A stretch of DNA of 64,000 bases from Candidatus Poribacteria bacterium. Lineage in GTDB: Bacteria; Poribacteria; WGA-4E; JAJDTR01. The position numbers and the translations under genes are program-made. A model generated the notes under the pieces. It was not told the DNA's origin. It ran no database searches and saw only the letters and a list, made by a program, of their open reading frames with translations. The DNA lies in NCBI GenBank assembly GCA_965222225.1, contig CBDCTK010000002.1, positions 1,344,001-1,408,000 on the forward strand. Direction: 5' to 3'. This document shows positions 59,870-64,000 of the stretch, in pieces (the first letter of the stretch is position 1; each line of letters begins with the position of its first letter).

Positions 59870-59888
59870 AAACATATAATGAATCTAA

Positions 59889-61274
59889 TTACGAACCACG
59901 AGCGGGGTGACAATTGATGCGGTATTCATCGACAATCTGCTCTAACTTCATACCGCGCGATCCTTTAATCAAAACTAAGTCGCCGGCTTGAGAAAATTCT
60001 CGCAACTGTCTTGCAGCTGCCTCTGGTGTGTCACAGGCGAATGTTGTTTCTACACGACCGACCGCGCCGCGAATGATATCTAGACTACGCGTCCCAACGG
60101 AGATTAACACATCAATATTCGCGGGCAGATTCATTCCAGCCTTGAAGTGTAGTTTTTTGGATTCCTGACCGAGTTCAAGCATGTCACCAAGTACAGCAAT
60201 TCGCCTGCCAGAAGTGCGCGTTCTGCTGAGAAACTCTAGCGCATGCTTGAGCGAATCCGGGTTTGAATTGTAAGCATCGTTGATGATATACAAACCATTG
60301 CACTCGATTGGCTGCATGCGCATATTTGCAGGCTGGTAGTTTTCGAGTCCGTCGCGAATCTCGGCGCTTGTCAACCCGGCCCAAACTCCTATGGACGCCG
60401 CGGCGAGCGCATTTGAAACATTATGTACGCCGAGACATGGGAGGTTCACTCTAGTCGCGGTTCCACCATTGATTCGCAACGTGAAGGAGGGTTTTCCAAG
60501 GGATTGGATTTCTATTTCATGTGCCGAAATATCCGCATCACTGCCGCATCCAAACGTGGTAATCTTACCACATACTCTTCGAGCCAGACGCGGTGTCATC
60601 GGATCGTCGGCGTTCAACACGGCCCACTCAACCTGCTCCACTAGAGAACCTTTTTCTTTGGCAACCCCCTCAAGAGAACCGAGCAATTCCAGATGACTAT
60701 GTCCAATATTTGTTATGACGCCTACCATTGGCTTGACTATCTGCGACAGTCGCCCAATCTCTCCAGGTTGGTTCGTCCCAATCTCTAATACCGCCAACTG
60801 ACTGTTATCATCCAATTCCAGCAGTCGCGATGGAATGCCAATTTGGTTGTTATAATTTTTCTCGGATTGAAATACGGAAAACTGTCGGGATAATACCGAT
60901 GCGGTCATATCCTTCGTTGTTGTTTTGCCGTTACTGCCCGTGATAGCGACGATTGGAAGATCGAACTTGCTACGGTGAAAAGCGGCGATGTCCCCCAACG
61001 CAATCAGCGAATCCTCGACCTCAATTACAATCGGGAAGTCGGTTTCGATCCGTTTGGACACGACCACACCACTAGCTCCCCCTTGGCGTGCGGCATCTAT
61101 GAAGTCATGTCCATCATATTTTTCGCCAACCAACGCGACGAATAGGTCATCGGCACTGATTGCCCGCGAGTCTGTCGAAATCTGTGTTATGACTGCATTG
61201 GGAGTACCACGGATGAGTTTGCCCCGTGTTGCCCGTAGGATTTCAGAGACTGCAAGGTTCATGTTATATGTCAA
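59889..61274 (-). CDS. murF: UDP-MurNAc-tripeptide D-Ala-D-Ala ligase
   Basis: ITGSNGKTTTK, NYNNQIG, NDAYNSNP, LGDMLELG, KGSRG. Confidence 0.96.
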   Translation of the reverse strand: MTYNMNLAVSEILRATRGKLIRGTPNAVITQISTDSRAISADDLFVALVGEKYDGHDFIDAARQGGASGVVVSKRIETDFPIVIEVEDSLIALGDIAAFHRSKFDLPIVAITGSNGKTTTKDMTASVLSRQFSVFQSEKNYNNQIGIPSRLLELDDNSQLAVLEIGTNQPGEIGRLSQIVKPMVGVITNIGHSHLELLGSLEGVAKEKGSLVEQVEWAVLNADDPMTPRLARRVCGKITTFGCGSDADISAHEIEIQSLGKPSFTLRINGGTATRVNLPCLGVHNVSNALAAASIGVWAGLTSAEIRDGLENYQPANMRMQPIECNGLYIINDAYNSNPDSLKHALEFLSRTRTSGRRIAVLGDMLELGQESKKLHFKAGMNLPANIDVLISVGTRSLDIIRGAVGRVETTFACDTPEAAARQLREFSQAGDLVLIKGSRGMKLEQIVDEYRINCHPARGS

Positions 61275-62731
61275 CCGTAACGCTCAAGATATTCCGCAGC
61301 AACTTCTCGATCATCAAAGTGAATCGTCCGGTCACCGAGAATCTGGTAATCTTCATGCCCCTTACCCGCAATGGCGACAAAATCTCCGGGTTTCGCCAGC
61401 TCAATTGCGCGACTAATTGACTCCCTGCGATCTGGAATAAGATCGTAACTTGAACCATCCGGCAAACCCGCAAGAATATCACTGAGAATTCGATCTCGGT
61501 CCTCCGTACGAGGATTATCTGAAGTAATCACGCTGTGATCAGCGATAGTGGCAGATATCCTTCCCATCTTTGGGCGCTTGCCACGATCTCGATCTCCGCC
61601 ACAGCCAAAGACACAAATTAAGCGTCCGTTGGCGATCCGGCGCGCGGCAGTTAGAAGGTTCTCAAGTCCATCGGGAGTATGGGCATAATCGACGACGACA
61701 GCGAAATCTTGCCCTCGGTCGACTAATTCAAAGCGGCCCGGTACGACTGTGCTCTCAAGCCCCTCCTTTATTTCATCTATTGAGCAGCCGTGATGCTGGG
61801 CAATACCGACTGCAGCAAGAGCATTGTAAAGGTTGTAATCCCCCATGAGACGCAATCTCGCCCTAATATTTCCTAGGGGGGTAATCGCACTGAAAGCCAG
61901 TCCCTTGAGCGTAGATTCAATATCTTGAGCAGTTAGATCCGCACACTTGTCAAGCCCATAGGTTTGGACTACTGCATCTGTGACTTGGCGAAACTGATTT
62001 GAAGCTGGATCATCAGCGTTAAGAATCGCAAGTCCATTTTCTCGTTGAATCTGCTGAAACAACATGGCTTTAGCGTTCAGATATTCGTCCATGGATTCAT
62101 GGTAGTCGAGATGGTCTTGTGTCAAATTGGTGAAAACCGCAGTTATAAACTTGAGGCCCGCAAGTCGATGCTGCGCTAATCCCTGAGAGGAAGTTTCCAT
62201 AATAACATACCGTAGACCTGCAGAAACGAATTGACTAAATAGACCGTGAAGAGTCAGAGAATCGGGGGTTGTTGTAGCAGCTGACACCACTACGTTACCG
62301 TAGCGATGGCCCACGGTGCCCATAATCGCCGATTTTAACCCAGCTGCTTCGAAAATCGAGTGAATGAGGTAGGCAGTTGATGTCTTACCGTTCGTACCGG
62401 TAATGCCTATTAATTTAAGGCGATTTGCAGGATTGCCATACCAGTTGGCGGCAACCAAGGAAAGCGCGACTCGTCCATTCGCGGTCTGAATGTAGGTAGG
62501 GCCTCTTGGAAGATTTTTTGGCGGTGGATGTTCTCCAACAATTGCACTTGCTCCATTTTGTACCGCTTGGCAAATAAATTCATGCCCGTCGAACGTCACA
62601 CCTTCGTAACAGATAAAAACGTAACCCGGTTCCACTTTTCGGTGATCGCTCACAATGCCCGAAATCTCTCTATCACAATCTCCAACTGTTGAGATTATGT
62701 CCACATGCTGAAGCAGGTGCTGAAGATTCAA
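61271..62731 (-). CDS. murE: UDP-MurNAc-dipeptide meso-DAP ligase
   Basis: TGTNGKTS, DYAHTPD, FGCGGDRD, DNPR (meso-DAP specificity motif), AGKGHE. Confidence 0.96.
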   Translation of the reverse strand: MNLQHLLQHVDIISTVGDCDREISGIVSDHRKVEPGYVFICYEGVTFDGHEFICQAVQNGASAIVGEHPPPKNLPRGPTYIQTANGRVALSLVAANWYGNPANRLKLIGITGTNGKTSTAYLIHSIFEAAGLKSAIMGTVGHRYGNVVVSAATTTPDSLTLHGLFSQFVSAGLRYVIMETSSQGLAQHRLAGLKFITAVFTNLTQDHLDYHESMDEYLNAKAMLFQQIQRENGLAILNADDPASNQFRQVTDAVVQTYGLDKCADLTAQDIESTLKGLAFSAITPLGNIRARLRLMGDYNLYNALAAVGIAQHHGCSIDEIKEGLESTVVPGRFELVDRGQDFAVVVDYAHTPDGLENLLTAARRIANGRLICVFGCGGDRDRGKRPKMGRISATIADHSVITSDNPRTEDRDRILSDILAGLPDGSSYDLIPDRRESISRAIELAKPGDFVAIAGKGHEDYQILGDRTIHFDDREVAAEYLERYG

Positions 62732-62749
62732 AGTCGCTTTCCTTATAGG

Positions 62750-64000
62750 TCACCGTCCAGCTAGAGCCGGCTGGGCAAATACATCCGTTTGATTCAGATA
62801 CGCAATGGTTTCACTTGCAATCCTCTTAAAAATGGGAGCTGTTACACGGCTGCTCAAAGGACCGCCGGCCGGTTCGTCAACAACCACGATTATCGATACA
62901 TCTGGGTCGTCCGCAGGCAAGAATCCTATGAAACTCGTAACCACCTTGTCCTTGACATATCCTTTCCCTCTCTCCGCCTTCTGCGCAGTGCCAGTTTTCC
63001 CTGCCACACGATAACCATCAACACGCCCATTCCGCCCAGACCCGCCTTCAGTAACTCCGACGAGCATCTCCGCCATCTGTGTAGCTGTTTCAGGTGAGAT
63101 GACGCGATGAATTTGCCTTGTAGCTCTTTGCTCAATCAGTTTCCCATCTGCCCCACGAATTTCTTTTGTTATATACGGCTGTAGTAACATACCATTCGTG
63201 GCGATAGCATTGACTGCATTCAACATCTGAATCGGGGTAACCGAAATCCCTTGTCCGAAAGGTACAGAGGCAGCGGAAAAATCATCCCAGTGGTCAAATC
63301 CACGAAGTTTGCCTACTTGCTCATGAGGGAGATCGATCCCTGTTTTTTCACCAAACCCAAATTGATGGGTATAGGTCTCAAACTGCTCCTTGGTGAGCCG
63401 GTTCGCAATTTTTAGAATTCCGATATTGCTAGATTTTCGAAGAATTTCACCGAGTTTGAGCCACCCATTTGGTTTGACATCGTGAATTCTATGGCCATTG
63501 GGAAGGCGATATACCCCTTGTTCGCAATATTCCAAGGATTCAGGAGTAGCCAGTTTTTCCTCCAACGCAGCTGCTGCAGGAACAATCTTGAATACAGAAC
63601 CGGGTTCATACTGCATCCAGATGGCGTGATTGCGTTTAGCGGCTTCCTGGCTTGTAGCGTATGCATTCAGGTTATAGGTCGGATAATTTGCCATTGCTAG
63701 AATTTCCCCGGTCTTCGAATGCATAACGATTGCAGCACCTCTCTTTGCCCTCCATTTTTTGCATCCAGCGATTAATTCCCGTTCCGCAATGAATTGAATA
63801 TTGTCGTCGATAGTCAAAATGATGTCATTCCCATTTGCCGACATGGTTTCATAGACCACTTGAGGGCTAATGGGGCGCTTCTTTCCGTCGGTAGGAATAC
63901 CTAGACTTTCAGATGATTCTGAAGTTTCATCCCTTGAAACGGTGGCGGTACCGAGCAAATGTGAATTGTATAAATGCTCGATCCCGTCGACTCCTTCGTT
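62750..64000 (-). CDS. ftsI: Class B penicillin-binding protein (5' end outside the window)
   Basis: EPGSVFK (SxxK), KSSN, GKTGTAQK; frame open to the window edge. Confidence 0.9.
   Translation of the reverse strand, partial: NEGVDGIEHLYNSHLLGTATVSRDETSESSESLGIPTDGKKRPISPQVVYETMSANGNDIILTIDDNIQFIAERELIAGCKKWRAKRGAAIVMHSKTGEILAMANYPTYNLNAYATSQEAAKRNHAIWMQYEPGSVFKIVPAAAALEEKLATPESLEYCEQGVYRLPNGHRIHDVKPNGWLKLGEILRKSSNIGILKIANRLTKEQFETYTHQFGFGEKTGIDLPHEQVGKLRGFDHWDDFSAASVPFGQGISVTPIQMLNAVNAIATNGMLLQPYITKEIRGADGKLIEQRATRQIHRVISPETATQMAEMLVGVTEGGSGRNGRVDGYRVAGKTGTAQKAERGKGYVKDKVVTSFIGFLPADDPDVSIIVVVDEPAGGPLSSRVTAPIFKRIASETIAYLNQTDVFAQPALAGR

Overview
Bacterial chromosomal window of moderate GC. 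It is probably from Candidatus Poribacteria, inferred from two C-terminal signatures: 'QNFPNPFNPETW...YWDGRN...ASGVY' and 'KLPTVWARI'. Housekeeping content includes uppP, rsmI, ggt, yicC-gmk, coaBC, rsmA, mutL and a minus-strand dcw cluster (ftsI-murE-murF-mraY-murD-ftsW-murG-murC...ftsA-ftsZ). A defence island of about 12 kb lies between gmk and coaBC: Type III-like mod and res genes bracket a HicB remnant, an IS-interrupted DUF262 gene coupled to a stand-alone HNH gene, and a membrane protein. There are three nearly identical 1249-bp IS1595-family copies, each with its own 8-bp target duplication. The strongest hidden signal is at 383-1489: the SnoaL-like ORF's TGA sits in a U-P-L-C motif, is followed by a SECIS-like hairpin, and the frame stays open for 121 more codons of thioredoxin-like sequence. 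This points to an exported SnoaL/thioredoxin-fold fusion selenoprotein. Other notable items: an IS inserted exactly on the mraY start codon, a Shine-Dalgarno separated from the ftsZ ATG by a long hairpin, an antisense 40-aa passenger ORF inside the IS, a recurring TGGATT-N4-AATCCA operator-like palindrome, a TsdA/SoxA-like diheme cytochrome, and several small intergenic repeat families. No rRNA, tRNA or CRISPR array was recognised. All calls are by eye, without database searches.
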